Below the pieces are notes generated by a model. That model was not told the DNA's origin and did not search any database. It saw only the letters and a list, made by a program, of their open reading frames with translations. Shown here piece after piece: positions 26,593 to 36,976 of a DNA stretch of 64,000 nt (the first letter of the stretch is position 1; every line of letters begins with the position of its first letter). The stretch is from assembly GCA_934621385.1 (NCBI GenBank), contig CAKTUI010000006.1, forward strand, positions 3,221 through 67,220, read 5' to 3'. A program made the position numbers and the translations under genes. This DNA is from an uncultured Kiritimatiellota bacterium. GTDB lineage: Bacteria > Verrucomicrobiota > Kiritimatiellia > RFP12 > UBA1067.

Positions 26593-28395
26593 TCAATCAT
26601 CCCGATCTGAAGCATCCAATTCATTTACGACTGACCGCGCAAGCAAAAGAATCGGGAAGCACAAGAGCCGTGGCAGTGCTGACTCCAAATGCCAGTCAAA
26701 GTCTTGCGCTCGGCTGACAGAAAAAACATAAAAATAAAGGAACATCGAAATTCCTGAGACAAGCGCGGTGAAACACATCTCTTTTCGCTTTCTCAGTTTC
26801 CGCAAGCGAAGCAACCCCATAGCGAGAAGAAAGCAAAATAAATACGCCACAAATCCAGATTCCCATGGGCTTAGGAAGAAATAGTTGAGGGTATACAAAA
26901 AGGCCTTTATTCCCCTTGTCCAGTCTACCTGCCACGGATTTGCATAATCAAACAACTTTGCGCCACAAACTCGTACGGCCACATGCCAACAAACTGGAAT
27001 CAGGCCCGCAAGAAGCAAGGCCTTCAGTGTCGCCGGTTTTCGTCCGTAAACCACCCGAACACCAATCCAAGATGCAATCAGAATGAGAAGTCCCTCATTT
27101 TTAATCCAGCCTGACGCACCGATGAGAACCCAACCGATGAGGTTGCATCCTCTACGATGCACAACACAATCGATTCCCACAAGAGCAAATAAAAGCATCA
27201 ACGGCTCCGAATACAGTTGAGACCCCATCACGAGCCAAAGCGATGTCGTCAACAGGGATATAAGCCACAAGATTACGCACCCACCACGAACCTGCCGACA
27301 AACCCATATAGACAAAAGCGCACTAAAAAGGCAACCCGTCAATTGCATCAACCAATCGCCACATCCCCCCCCCACAACATAGCACGCAAGAATAAGAAGA
27401 ACGTGACCAAGTGGATAAGCCGACTGGTACAACTCCCAATCCTCCATTGGAAAGCCTGAGATCGGATACCGGCCCAAAAGCCACATCAGCTTTGCCCGGC
27501 CTCCGACAACGCCCAATCCATTTGGTGTCATGTATGGATGGGATAGTGCCAACACTGTCGTTGCCAGCATGACAAGTCCCCCCACAATCCATAGATGCCA
27601 CCATTTCCGTCCCTTCTCACCCAAATCCCGACTCCCGTACATTCGGCTCCTGCAATTCACAGCACACAACAGCAAACCAAAGGCAACAACGAAAGCGACA
27701 ATCAAGGAAATGGGAGCCGACCACCAACCCGCCTGAAAAAGGCAAAACCATACAATCGAGAACAAATAGACGAACAGCAAAACCCCCAGAAAACTGCCAA
27801 CAATCCAGCCGACAAGAAAAAGAAGCACAACAAAGGAAAGACCGATTGCCTCCCGCCACCACTGAAGAGGCTCCGCCGATTTCCTCATTCCTTTCTGCCG
27901 AAGCGCGTTAACCTCCTGCAATTTCTCATTACGGCACCAGAGCACATTCCATTCCGTCCGATCAACTTGACTATATCCATCAAGGGGAAAGCCCTCATCC
28001 GTAAGCGAATAGTCGGGAACCGATGCGCATGTCAAGACCATGTCTGCACGATTCGTATGACGTGCACGACCAAATCGAAGACCACTTGGCAGCAAAGGCC
28101 AGGAAATAGCCAAGCAGGTTGAACGTTCAAAAGGCCTCAGCGTCTCACCCGCAATGCCGACATAGTACAGGTTCGTCGAGACTGGAAGATACCGCTCAAC
28201 CATCTGTCGGGGCAAATCGGCGATTAGTCTCGTTCCCCGTGGAGGCACACCATTCCACTGACGAATCCAATCAAGAGAGTCATGATAAAGGAGCCGCACT
28301 GAGGAGAAATTGAGCGAAAACGACGCAATCGCCGTGAGAAGAATCACAAGCGACGCGAATCTCCGACCAAACTTACCTGCCAGCAGTCTTCTCAT
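26593..28395 (-). CDS. Polytopic membrane glycosyltransferase, GT39/GT83 (PMT/ArnT)-like
   Basis: 600 aa. More than 10 TM helices and a C-terminal soluble domain. Lower GC than its flanks. Contains a 9-nt C/G homopolymer. Confidence 0.5.
   Translation of the reverse strand: MRRLLAGKFGRRFASLVILLTAIASFSLNFSSVRLLYHDSLDWIRQWNGVPPRGTRLIADLPRQMVERYLPVSTNLYYVGIAGETLRPFERSTCLAISWPLLPSGLRFGRARHTNRADMVLTCASVPDYSLTDEGFPLDGYSQVDRTEWNVLWCRNEKLQEVNALRQKGMRKSAEPLQWWREAIGLSFVVLLFLVGWIVGSFLGVLLFVYLFSIVWFCLFQAGWWSAPISLIVAFVVAFGLLLCAVNCRSRMYGSRDLGEKGRKWWHLWIVGGLVMLATTVLALSHPYMTPNGLGVVGGRAKLMWLLGRYPISGFPMEDWELYQSAYPLGHVLLILACYVVGGGCGDWLMQLTGCLFSALLSIWVCRQVRGGCVILWLISLLTTSLWLVMGSQLYSEPLMLLFALVGIDCVVHRRGCNLIGWVLIGASGWIKNEGLLILIASWIGVRVVYGRKPATLKALLLAGLIPVCWHVAVRVCGAKLFDYANPWQVDWTRGIKAFLYTLNYFFLSPWESGFVAYLFCFLLAMGLLRLRKLRKRKEMCFTALVSGISMFLYFYVFSVSRAQDFDWHLESALPRLLCFPILLLARSVVNELDASDRDD
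27365..27373. repeat. 9-nt homopolymer (C on the plus strand) inside the membrane glycosyltransferase CDS
   Basis: Read directly. Confidence 0.8.
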
Positions 28396-29804
28396 TTTGG
28401 GAAAACCCGAACCTCCCTCAAAACGAGGGGTTCCCGAACGGATGCGCTGCCTACGATTCGAACGCCCTTGAACTTCCGATTCAGCACAATCTCACACACT
28501 CCTGTCTTTTCTGAGAATGAACCCGCTGGCCGCCAGTTCCGTCCATCGTGCGTAATGTAGACTTTGAACCCTGCCAGGTTCAGCACCTGCCCATCACCAC
28601 CCGCATAAACGACAAGCCGCCCCCCGATGGGCGCGGCAAAATCCGCCTGCCACCAGTCTCCCCGCCCAAAAGAACGACAGGAGATATAGCACGTGGAATC
28701 CAAGCCATCAACGGCCCGCTCTGGCCCCGTTCGTCCATCTTTACCCGGCATCGAAGCCTTGCAGGTCACATCACCGATGGACAACGGCACACCCGCAGAG
28801 CCGACTCGATTCATGGAATGTCTTCCACCTCGTGAAGTCGTCTTCGAAAACATCCAGTCCCATACGGACATTTCTCTCCATGCCCGATCCCAAGCGTTAT
28901 GGCCGCTTTCGGGGAAAGTTGAAATGCGAAAATCCCCACCCCTCTCAATGACAACATCCCGAAGAGTCCTCGTACTCTCATCCTCTTCCAAACGGCCATA
29001 TTGCCCCTCATTGTAAAGGAGATAATAATTACCCGGATCTTTCATGGGAATCATCTCGGCCGGATGTTGGCAGCCAACTGGCACACTTGCAGCAAACCGT
29101 CCTGGATACTGACAGGGAAGCTCAAAGGCTACCACGCCCCCGAATGAGAGGCCCGTCAAATACACGCGGCTTGCATCGATGGGCGGCGAACGCATTTCAC
29201 GAATCAACGCGTACATTAGGTCACAAATCAACCTTGATAGTGCCTTGGTGTGTTCAGGTACACAGGCGCGTATGACAGCCCCCTTGGGCAACATCGGTGC
29301 CACGAGGTAGCAGGGGTGACGCGACTGAAAGCGAGACGATGCCACCACCGAAAAGATGGTCTTCTGATGGAACTGGTCCACAAGGTTTGTCCCGTGCTCA
29401 CCCGTGCCGCCAAAATAAAGAAGTAGAGGAACCGGTTTTCGGATTGACGCATTCGGGCGAAACAAAAGGTAGGGCAACGAGTCGATTTCCCGATTTGGAG
29501 ATTTCGGAGTCCGTACACGCGCTCCACCCTTCTCCGCCATTTCCCCGTCCCCATCTGATTCTGGCTCATTGATCACTGGGTTTCGCTGAAACCACCAGGC
29601 GGACAAATTGTAGTTGGACATTTCCTTCTGTAGGGCCGAATCCGCCTCATAAGCCGAGATTGTCCCGGGAAAGCCCTCCCCGAGTTCGGGGATCGAACCG
29701 TATACACAGGCAACGCTCAAACTCCACAACAAAAATACAAAAAGTAATCTTGTTCTTATGATCACTTTGAGCACAAGCTTACATTTGACAAAGAAGACCC
29801 TCAT
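28392..29804 (-). CDS. Secreted alpha/beta-hydrolase (esterase) with a C-terminal discoidin (F5/8 type C)-like domain
   Basis: Signal peptide. GLSFGG nucleophile elbow. C-terminal beta-sandwich with a discoidin-like signature. Confidence 0.6.
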   Translation of the reverse strand: MRVFFVKCKLVLKVIIRTRLLFVFLLWSLSVACVYGSIPELGEGFPGTISAYEADSALQKEMSNYNLSAWWFQRNPVINEPESDGDGEMAEKGGARVRTPKSPNREIDSLPYLLFRPNASIRKPVPLLLYFGGTGEHGTNLVDQFHQKTIFSVVASSRFQSRHPCYLVAPMLPKGAVIRACVPEHTKALSRLICDLMYALIREMRSPPIDASRVYLTGLSFGGVVAFELPCQYPGRFAASVPVGCQHPAEMIPMKDPGNYYLLYNEGQYGRLEEDESTRTLRDVVIERGGDFRISTFPESGHNAWDRAWREMSVWDWMFSKTTSRGGRHSMNRVGSAGVPLSIGDVTCKASMPGKDGRTGPERAVDGLDSTCYISCRSFGRGDWWQADFAAPIGGRLVVYAGGDGQVLNLAGFKVYITHDGRNWRPAGSFSEKTGVCEIVLNRKFKGVRIVGSASVREPLVLREVRVFPK

Positions 29805-29811
29805 CTCTTTG

Positions 29812-30348
29812 CTAAAAGGAAAAAGAGATTGGCTCTGGCTGGGCATAAAACTTTCTAAATATTAACTTTCCCTCTTCATCAAATAGGCATCCAAGCCCAT
29901 ACCGATAACCATTACTCACACTAAAGTATTCCTGAATCAATCCATTCTTGTTAAACTTCAGGTTTAAGCCTGAGGGTAATTGAATAAAGCGATTGGGCTT
30001 TCCATCGGCATAGTAGGAGGCATAAAGACCGACTCCCATCTGATTCGTCTCAATTACCTCCTTAACAAGATTAGAACTTTGCCACAAATACACGAACTCA
30101 TACGCATTAGAGGCCAAAGTTCCCCTTATCTTCAAAAGATCATTCGTTCTAACTGATGAAATAACCTGATAATTTCTCATAGCATCACGCGATGAAACAT
30201 TCAACGATTTCATTCTCTCGTATGCAACCATCTGTCGCTGTTTCAGCATATCCAATTCTTCGGGAGTCAATCCCGCAAAAGAAACTCCGATGCCTATTCC
30301 TGTACAAATTAAGATAAAGACATTTATGCACTTCATAACGACACTCAC
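29812..30348 (-). CDS. Secreted hypothetical protein (low GC)
   Basis: Signal peptide MKCINVFILICTGIGIGVSFA. No recognisable domain. Confidence 0.45.
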   Translation of the reverse strand: MSVVMKCINVFILICTGIGIGVSFAGLTPEELDMLKQRQMVAYERMKSLNVSSRDAMRNYQVISSVRTNDLLKIRGTLASNAYEFVYLWQSSNLVKEVIETNQMGVGLYASYYADGKPNRFIQLPSGLNLKFNKNGLIQEYFSVSNGYRYGLGCLFDEEGKLIFRKFYAQPEPISFSF

Positions 30349-31514
30349 TTTCTCTTGTTCAGCAAACGAAGATCCTCACCTAAATCTCCCGCATTCGAGA
30401 CATCGTCTATTGTTCGGCTTATTCCTAATATCTCATACCTAATTGAAGATGGATTATCTGGGACGCTTACCCCTGCCGACGACCCAACTTTAATTGCAGC
30501 GTCCGTACAATTAAATGTAGTGACAGCATATGTGCCAGGATTGGCCTTAAACTTTTCCACATATTGAAGCCCTTTAAGAAAACTTTTCATCCCAATCTCC
30601 CATTCATGAGAAACCTCTTCTGTGTGTTGTTCGTCAGGGATGACAACAATTCCTGGCGCAGAAAGATGACGAGGATATTGTATTTTTTGTTTTGGATAGT
30701 ACCCTGTTGGTTGATTTACTAATTCTTTCTGGACTCCTTCTTGGGCGATTTCGATATTTGAAGTTCTAAATTCCCACCATACATGTCCGACATCATAATT
30801 TCCATTCCTGTCTACTTCATACGGCTGCCGATCGCCCCCCTTGCCTGGCTGGTCGACATAAACAATGAAGGCCGTCCTAACAACTACAACCGTGTACTCA
30901 TCATAATAAGCAGGAACCTTACTGCAAGTAGCCCGAATCCGATACTTCCCTATTGGCGGAAATTTCTTGCTCTTAATGAGCCGCAGAGTCAGCCCTTCAC
31001 CAGACGGTCCACCATCACTACTCCAAACAACTGAAGAATCCCCAACATCACTGTCGGCAGTCAGTTTGAGTACTGCCGAATTATCCACCGTGGAGACATA
31101 CCGTGCATGCTTCGCCTTCTCGACCGCCAACCGCTCCGTCTTGTCAATCGCCAACTTTATCAAAAGAATACGGCCACCAACCGGATCCTCCTTGCCTTTT
31201 GTCTCTTTCACTCGCCACTCAATTGTCTGCCCTATTGCAATCGTTCTCTTATTGGGGTTGGGCTTTAGGAGTACCCATTTCTTGGGATTCACTGCTGCGA
31301 CCTCAATTTGTGCAACAAAATTACTCCCCGCACAATCACGGTCCACCGTCAAATAAAAATCCTCACCATTTAGATAAACTCCCAAAACGCCCTTTGTCCT
31401 GCATTCAACCGAGACGAAAGCGTTCGCCGCCCGATTTGAGCACAAGGCAACAAAAGGGATAAGTAATCCCAAAAGAAATATGACGACTATCCTATATCGC
31501 CTCATTGCATTCAA
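30345..31514 (-). CDS. Secreted hypothetical protein (low GC)
   Basis: Signal peptide. 4-nt overlap with the downstream gene. Confidence 0.45.
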   Translation of the reverse strand: MNAMRRYRIVVIFLLGLLIPFVALCSNRAANAFVSVECRTKGVLGVYLNGEDFYLTVDRDCAGSNFVAQIEVAAVNPKKWVLLKPNPNKRTIAIGQTIEWRVKETKGKEDPVGGRILLIKLAIDKTERLAVEKAKHARYVSTVDNSAVLKLTADSDVGDSSVVWSSDGGPSGEGLTLRLIKSKKFPPIGKYRIRATCSKVPAYYDEYTVVVVRTAFIVYVDQPGKGGDRQPYEVDRNGNYDVGHVWWEFRTSNIEIAQEGVQKELVNQPTGYYPKQKIQYPRHLSAPGIVVIPDEQHTEEVSHEWEIGMKSFLKGLQYVEKFKANPGTYAVTTFNCTDAAIKVGSSAGVSVPDNPSSIRYEILGISRTIDDVSNAGDLGEDLRLLNKRK

Positions 31515-31751
31515 GACAGGCCGGACTTCATTGATGGTTTTCTTCTTACCCGAAAACAGGAGTATAGTCTAACATAACTGACCATCGCTCCGCAAGTGAA
31601 TCCTCGCGACACTTCACACGATGTAGCGGCGTAGCTTTCCCCGCCTTTCGGGCTTTCCGTGTTCAACGGTGCGCACGACAAGCCCGACTCGTGCGCATCC
31701 CTGTCGCCCATCATGCGCACCGCACAACGCCGCGATGCGCACGACGGCACA

Positions 31752-34700
31752 TCACTCAATGCGCAAGGCGCGGAGGCGCACCCCGGCACGCTGGGAGCCA
31801 AACGGCCTGAACTGCAAGTTGATGCGGGTAATCGCAACCGCGTCACTTGCGACGAGCCTCCTCAACGGAATACGAATCGTCTGCCAAGTCGTCGGGTCCG
31901 CGTCGACTTGCGCCCCCCGATCGGCCACGTACGCGCCCGACTTCTCTTCACCGTCCGCCGTCCGATAGCCGAACAGGAACTGCGGAGTCGCTGCAGGCTG
32001 CGTGGCCGCTCCAGCGGACGTCTCGCCCAAGTTGACTTCCACGACAAAGCTGCGGTTCGTCACATCGTCCGCCGTCAGAGGAATCGCCTGGCGCAAGGCG
32101 GACGTGTTGCCCGCCCAATCGGAGGAGGCATCCGAGACCAGGACGTCCACGACCCCGTCCTTCACCACCGTCTTGATTCCGCCCCAATTGACAAAATTCA
32201 AGTTATCCTCCGCAAAACCCGCAACGAACGGGTTCTCCGACGGCATCTCAAGCGACAGTGCGGCAATCATCACGCCCTTCGTCCTCTCTTCAAACAAGAC
32301 CGAGGCGATGGACTTGCCGGGCTGCGGATTGCCGCGCCGCGCCATCCAAAGCGTCTTCCCGGCATGATTGCGCCAGCCGACCAACTGGCGGTCATTCGGC
32401 TCCGCAAAATCAAGCGCGGCGGAAGTTCCGTCCGCATAGTTCAAACGGACGGTGAAAAGCGTCCCCTTCGCCCCATCGGGAACTGCATAGAGGACATGGA
32501 CGGCATTCGCCTTGCCCTCGCTCGGAACAGTGATTGCGCCCCGATCGAGGCCGATGCCCGAGCGTCCGTCATTCTGGTCAATGCGGATGAACTCGAACGG
32601 AATGCCCTCGCAGACCTGGCGACCCCATGGAATCTTCCCGAAGACGTCCTCAAGCGCCACATTGGCCGCACGGCTCAAATCCACGAGTCGAACGCTGGCC
32701 GAATCGACCCAATAGGCATCCGTCGAGGCATCGGGACGATTCGCGGCAATCCAATCCGAGAGTCCGGCAAGAAACGTTGCGGGGGATTCCGGCTCCTGGG
32801 CGAGGCGACGGGGCGATCCGCGCAGGACAACCGGCTCAAAGGGCAGCAACTTCACCAGCAATTCGCCCGCATCCGTCCGCGTCACGCCCTTGCGGGTCGA
32901 GACATCCACCCATCCCCGGCAGTCCGCGCCGACGCTCTGCGGATTCAGGCGAATGGCACGCGGCGCAAGGCCATGGTTGATGAGGATGAAGCCGGTGCCC
33001 CGCGCATTCCGCGCCGCCGCGCACTCGACATCGGGCAACTCCTCCCCGCTTCGCGCATCCGTAATGATGCAGGATGGGGCAATGCCAAGCCCTTCGGCGA
33101 CCTGGCGGTAATAGGCGGCCGCCTCACGAGCCGACAGGCGACGGGGAAGATGGATGAGATGGCCGCGTCCAAGCGCCTGGTTCCGCCCTGTCACAAAAGC
33201 GGACGGATTCTTCTCGCCCCATTCCGTCAGATCCAGCTTGTTCTCGACGGTCAGAAGCGTGCCGCCCTTCTCCACCCAGCGGCGCAGGCGGTCGTTCGTT
33301 TCGGGGAGCGTCGCGTCCACGCCTGCCGCGACAAGGAGTTTGACATCCTTCAGGTGCCGGGCATCGAGCTGTTCCTCATAAACGACCTTAATCGGCAGTC
33401 GGGCGGCCAGCAGAGCCAGCACCGCCTCACGCGTGTAGGTTGCGTTCGGGTGCTTTTCCGCACGATCGAGGCGTTCCGTCGGCTGGGAGATAAGGACGGC
33501 AATCGAATTCGTCAGACCACGAAAACGCGGCGTAAAGAGATCGTTCACGAGGGCAACATCCCGCGCCGCATCCTTGATGCCGGCAAAGGCCTCCGGCTTG
33601 ACCGCCGCCGGATTGAGACATTCATAGGGCAGGACTTCGGCCAAAATCTGCGGTCCGTTCGGCTTCTTCCAGGTCCCATCCCTGCGTGGACGCCGCCCCC
33701 ACTTAAAGTAGTAGAAACCATTGATGCCGCGAGCATACTCCTGAAGAATCGCCGCACGGTGATAGGAGCGCGTCGCCCCGAGATAGGTCTCGCCATCCAC
33801 AATTGGACGATTCCCGGCAATGGCGAGACAGGCCAGCACCTCATAGGGACCACCCCCGCCTGTCGGGGCCATGACAATGTCCGTCGTCTCGTTGGCGAGA
33901 AGCGGATTCACGAAGCCAAAGCCAATGCCCAGCGGCTGGAAGCAGGTCCGCGCCTCGGGGTCGACCTCACGGAGGGCCTCCTTGCCGCGTTTCATGCCCC
34001 GGGCGAAAAGCCGCTCATTGAACTTGATGCGGGCGACTTTCCGTGCCGCCGGTGGGGCATCCGCCGGAATTGACGCGGCAAATTTCTCAAACAGCTTGTC
34101 CGCAAGAGGCGTGTCGTCCTCGTATGTCGGCTCATTGAAAAGCTCGTAGACCATCGGCTTCACGCCATGCTCACGAAGTTCCTTCGCGCCACTCTGCCAC
34201 ATCTCCTTATAGAGGGTAAAGCCCTCTTCCGAAATCAGCGAATAGGGCATAAAGTGGCAGGAACCGTGCGAAAAGGCATCCTTTGACGGTGGACGGCTGG
34301 GGTCGTAGGTCAATCCGCCATGCGACCAACCGGCGCACGTGAAGTCAACGAAGACCGGAAGCCCGCACTTGTAGTAGCCGTCGGCACACGCCCAGTCCAA
34401 CTGCGCCCCGGCCTGCCAGAACCACCTCTCGGGACGATACTTGCGCAACCACGAGACGGAGACCTCACCGCCGGAGGCATTGAACCCAAGGCGATCGAAC
34501 TGCTCACGGGTCGGCGGCTTCTCATAAAGCCACTCCCAACCGGGAATGTTCATGAAAAACGGCTCATATTCACTCAGACTGGGCACACCGTAGATGATGT
34601 TGCCGAACAGGAAAAGCGGCCGTCCGTCCTTCTGAAAGCCACCGCCCGCCGAAAAGGTCACGGACTCATCCTTCGACACCTGCGCCTGCGCGGCACCAGA

Positions 34701-34787
34701 CACCGACAAAACTGAGAAGGATGAGAGAAAAAGAAGCAAAACGCATAGAAAGCGCCCCATTCCAAGATTGCCATTCGTCTTTCGCAT
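31752..34787 (-). CDS. Large secreted glycoside-hydrolase-like protein (TIM-barrel GH5/GH42-like NEP motif) with C-terminal beta-sandwich domains
   Basis: Signal peptide. ELFNEP catalytic-acid motif. 1011 aa, high GC. Confidence 0.55.
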   Translation of the reverse strand: MRKTNGNLGMGRFLCVLLLFLSSFSVLSVSGAAQAQVSKDESVTFSAGGGFQKDGRPLFLFGNIIYGVPSLSEYEPFFMNIPGWEWLYEKPPTREQFDRLGFNASGGEVSVSWLRKYRPERWFWQAGAQLDWACADGYYKCGLPVFVDFTCAGWSHGGLTYDPSRPPSKDAFSHGSCHFMPYSLISEEGFTLYKEMWQSGAKELREHGVKPMVYELFNEPTYEDDTPLADKLFEKFAASIPADAPPAARKVARIKFNERLFARGMKRGKEALREVDPEARTCFQPLGIGFGFVNPLLANETTDIVMAPTGGGGPYEVLACLAIAGNRPIVDGETYLGATRSYHRAAILQEYARGINGFYYFKWGRRPRRDGTWKKPNGPQILAEVLPYECLNPAAVKPEAFAGIKDAARDVALVNDLFTPRFRGLTNSIAVLISQPTERLDRAEKHPNATYTREAVLALLAARLPIKVVYEEQLDARHLKDVKLLVAAGVDATLPETNDRLRRWVEKGGTLLTVENKLDLTEWGEKNPSAFVTGRNQALGRGHLIHLPRRLSAREAAAYYRQVAEGLGIAPSCIITDARSGEELPDVECAAARNARGTGFILINHGLAPRAIRLNPQSVGADCRGWVDVSTRKGVTRTDAGELLVKLLPFEPVVLRGSPRRLAQEPESPATFLAGLSDWIAANRPDASTDAYWVDSASVRLVDLSRAANVALEDVFGKIPWGRQVCEGIPFEFIRIDQNDGRSGIGLDRGAITVPSEGKANAVHVLYAVPDGAKGTLFTVRLNYADGTSAALDFAEPNDRQLVGWRNHAGKTLWMARRGNPQPGKSIASVLFEERTKGVMIAALSLEMPSENPFVAGFAEDNLNFVNWGGIKTVVKDGVVDVLVSDASSDWAGNTSALRQAIPLTADDVTNRSFVVEVNLGETSAGAATQPAATPQFLFGYRTADGEEKSGAYVADRGAQVDADPTTWQTIRIPLRRLVASDAVAITRINLQFRPFGSQRAGVRLRALRIE

Positions 34788-34903
34788 AAGAGGAAGTATA
34801 CCATACCCCTTCTCCGGGGGTCAAGGGTGCCCGCTCGCAGAAAATCGGCAAGTTGACGCGTGCGGGGCGTGGCCCCGCCAACCGAACGGGGGCAGGTAGA
34901 ATA

Positions 34904-34912
34904 TGGTATAAT
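34904..34912 (+). promoter_or_regulatory. Extended -10 TGGTATAAT, 8 nt before the lpxC ATG
   Basis: Read directly. Confidence 0.5.
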
Positions 34913-34920
34913 AAGCCCAA

Positions 34921-35946
34921 ATGCAGATGCCTGAATACAAGATTGGAAGAACCGTATTCGGAAGCGAGGCCTCCATTGCCGCCGCCTACGAATCGTTTCG
35001 TGAACAGGAAATTGACGAGATTCGCCTTGCCGCCAACCGCGCTTCGCCTTTCCCCGCCAAGCGCATCACATTGGCTGGCGAAGCCTCCGTTGCCGGTGTC
35101 GGAACCTTCAAGGGCAGCGAGAAACAGGTCCTGACCTTCGCACCAAGCGAGCGTCCCGGCTGGTGGATTCGCCGCATGGACCATCCCGAGCAACTGGATA
35201 CCCAGGTGGACATCTCCAACCTCTGGACGAGCGCACAGAACCTCGTGCTTCGCTCGGGCAGTCCACACAACTACCTGCGCATGGTCGAGCACATCATCGC
35301 CCTCAAGGCCGGCCTCGGCCTGGACGATGTCCTGCTGAAGGTCAAGAGCGGCGACCCGCCCCTCTTCGACCAGTCCTCGCTGCCGCTCATCAAGGCCGTC
35401 GACCACGCGAAGACATGCGCACGCGCCGCGGACGCGACCTATGTCACGGTCAGGGAGCCTGTCGCCTTCGGCGGAAAACGCGGCGATTTTCTGCTCTTCT
35501 TCCCAGCCAAGGAAGGCCAACGCAACCTCCGCATCGACTGCGCCATTTCATGGAACACCGTCATCGGCAAGCAACGCGTCCTGTTTGACGTGACGCCCGA
35601 GACCTTCCGTTATGCCGCGCTCGCCCGGACGAATGCCACGCACCGCCAGTACGTGCTCGCCAAGACCGTCGGCAAACTTTTTGCCGCGACGCGGAACTGG
35701 GGCTACAACGAGAAGAACATCCTCATTCACGGCCCGCGCAAGTTCTATACGGAGCCGCGCTTCCCCGTCAATGGCAAGTTCCTCGAACCCGTCTGGCATC
35801 GGGCGACGCTGGATCTCATGGCTGCGCTCTCGCTGACTGGCGCGGACCGCTTCATCGGCACGGTCGTCAGCTACCGCGCAGGACACACCCTTGATTGCGA
35901 CGCCATTCGCGCCCTCTACAGAAACAACCTGATATGCTCAATCTGA
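34921..35946 (+). CDS. lpxC: UDP-3-O-acyl-N-acetylglucosamine deacetylase
   Basis: VEHIIALKAGLGLDD, HRATLDLMAAL and SYRAGHTLD align with conserved E. coli LpxC blocks. Confidence 0.85.
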   Translation: MQMPEYKIGRTVFGSEASIAAAYESFREQEIDEIRLAANRASPFPAKRITLAGEASVAGVGTFKGSEKQVLTFAPSERPGWWIRRMDHPEQLDTQVDISNLWTSAQNLVLRSGSPHNYLRMVEHIIALKAGLGLDDVLLKVKSGDPPLFDQSSLPLIKAVDHAKTCARAADATYVTVREPVAFGGKRGDFLLFFPAKEGQRNLRIDCAISWNTVIGKQRVLFDVTPETFRYAALARTNATHRQYVLAKTVGKLFAATRNWGYNEKNILIHGPRKFYTEPRFPVNGKFLEPVWHRATLDLMAALSLTGADRFIGTVVSYRAGHTLDCDAIRALYRNNLICSI

Positions 35947-36749
35947 AACTTACGCGCCCACTCATCGTCTTCGACATTGAGTCGACCGGGACATCCCCGC
36001 GCCGCGATCGCATCATCGAGCTTGCGGCCATCAAGGTCATGCCCGACGGAACCGAAGTCCCGATGTGCTGGCTTCTGAACCCGACCATCCCGATTCCGCC
36101 CGAAACGACGGCCATCCACGGCATCACGGACGAACTCGTGAAGGACTGCCCGACGTTTGCGGATATGTCGAAATGGATTTTCGACTACTTCAAGGACTGC
36201 GACCTCTCGGGCTTCAATTCGGACCGCTTTGACATTCCGATTCTTGAGGAGGAGTTCGCTCGGTGCGGACTGAACTTCGCCTCCTCCGCACGCAAGCACG
36301 TTGATGTGCAGCGCATCTATCACCGCAAGGAGCCTCGCGACCTCACCTCCGCCGTCAAGTTCTACTGTAACCGTCCTCACACGGGCGCACATGGTGCCGA
36401 GGCGGATACACGTGCCACGCTGGACGTGCTGAAGGCGCAACTTGAGAAGTACGACGATCTGCCGAAGTCGGTGGACGAGATGGACGAATACCTCGTGCCG
36501 CACGATCCGCTGAACGCCGATCGCCAGGGCATGCTGCGCTGGAAGGATGGGGAACTCTGCATCAACTTCGGTAAGAAGAAAGGCGAACCTCTTCGGCGCA
36601 TGATGTTGAATGAGCCAGGCTACCTGCGCTGGATTGTCAAGGGCGACTTTGACACCGACGTGCGGATGATTGTGCAGGATCTCGTTGAGAACGGACGGCT
36701 TCCGCCCATTCCTCCCGAGGCACGAAAGCCGACCACGCCAGCCAAGTGA
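35934..36749 (+). CDS. DEDDh 3'-5' exonuclease (DnaQ / Pol III epsilon-like)
   Basis: VFDIESTG Exo I; GFNSDRFDIP Exo II; HGAEADTRAT Exo III. Its start overlaps the lpxC stop. Confidence 0.8.
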   Translation: MLNLKLTRPLIVFDIESTGTSPRRDRIIELAAIKVMPDGTEVPMCWLLNPTIPIPPETTAIHGITDELVKDCPTFADMSKWIFDYFKDCDLSGFNSDRFDIPILEEEFARCGLNFASSARKHVDVQRIYHRKEPRDLTSAVKFYCNRPHTGAHGAEADTRATLDVLKAQLEKYDDLPKSVDEMDEYLVPHDPLNADRQGMLRWKDGELCINFGKKKGEPLRRMMLNEPGYLRWIVKGDFDTDVRMIVQDLVENGRLPPIPPEARKPTTPAK

Positions 36750-36893
36750 GAGAGAAGTGCCGCCGGAGTTCCGGCGGCACTTTGACTTCACCCACCTTTC
36801 CAGCGCAGCAGTTTTCGACTGAACCTATTGCCCCGCCGAGAAAATCGGGAAGCGACATTTCCCATAGAATTGGGGCTTTTCCACATTCCCCCC

Positions 36894-36922
36894 TTGCCAA
36901 AACCCGAAAAACTTGGTACATT
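36894..36922 (+). promoter_or_regulatory. Candidate sigma-70 promoter for HU (TTGCCA, 17-nt spacer, extended -10 TGGTACATT)
   Basis: Read directly. Confidence 0.35.
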
Positions 36923-36976
36923 ATGCACCAAACACGAGGGAAGTGTTCTCTTGTGATACAAAAAGGATCAAGAACA

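Noticed and set aside
31659-34073. 804-aa plus-strand ORF
   Set aside because: Antisense to the large glycoside-hydrolase gene. The peptide is Arg/Pro-rich and low in complexity. A high-GC artefact.
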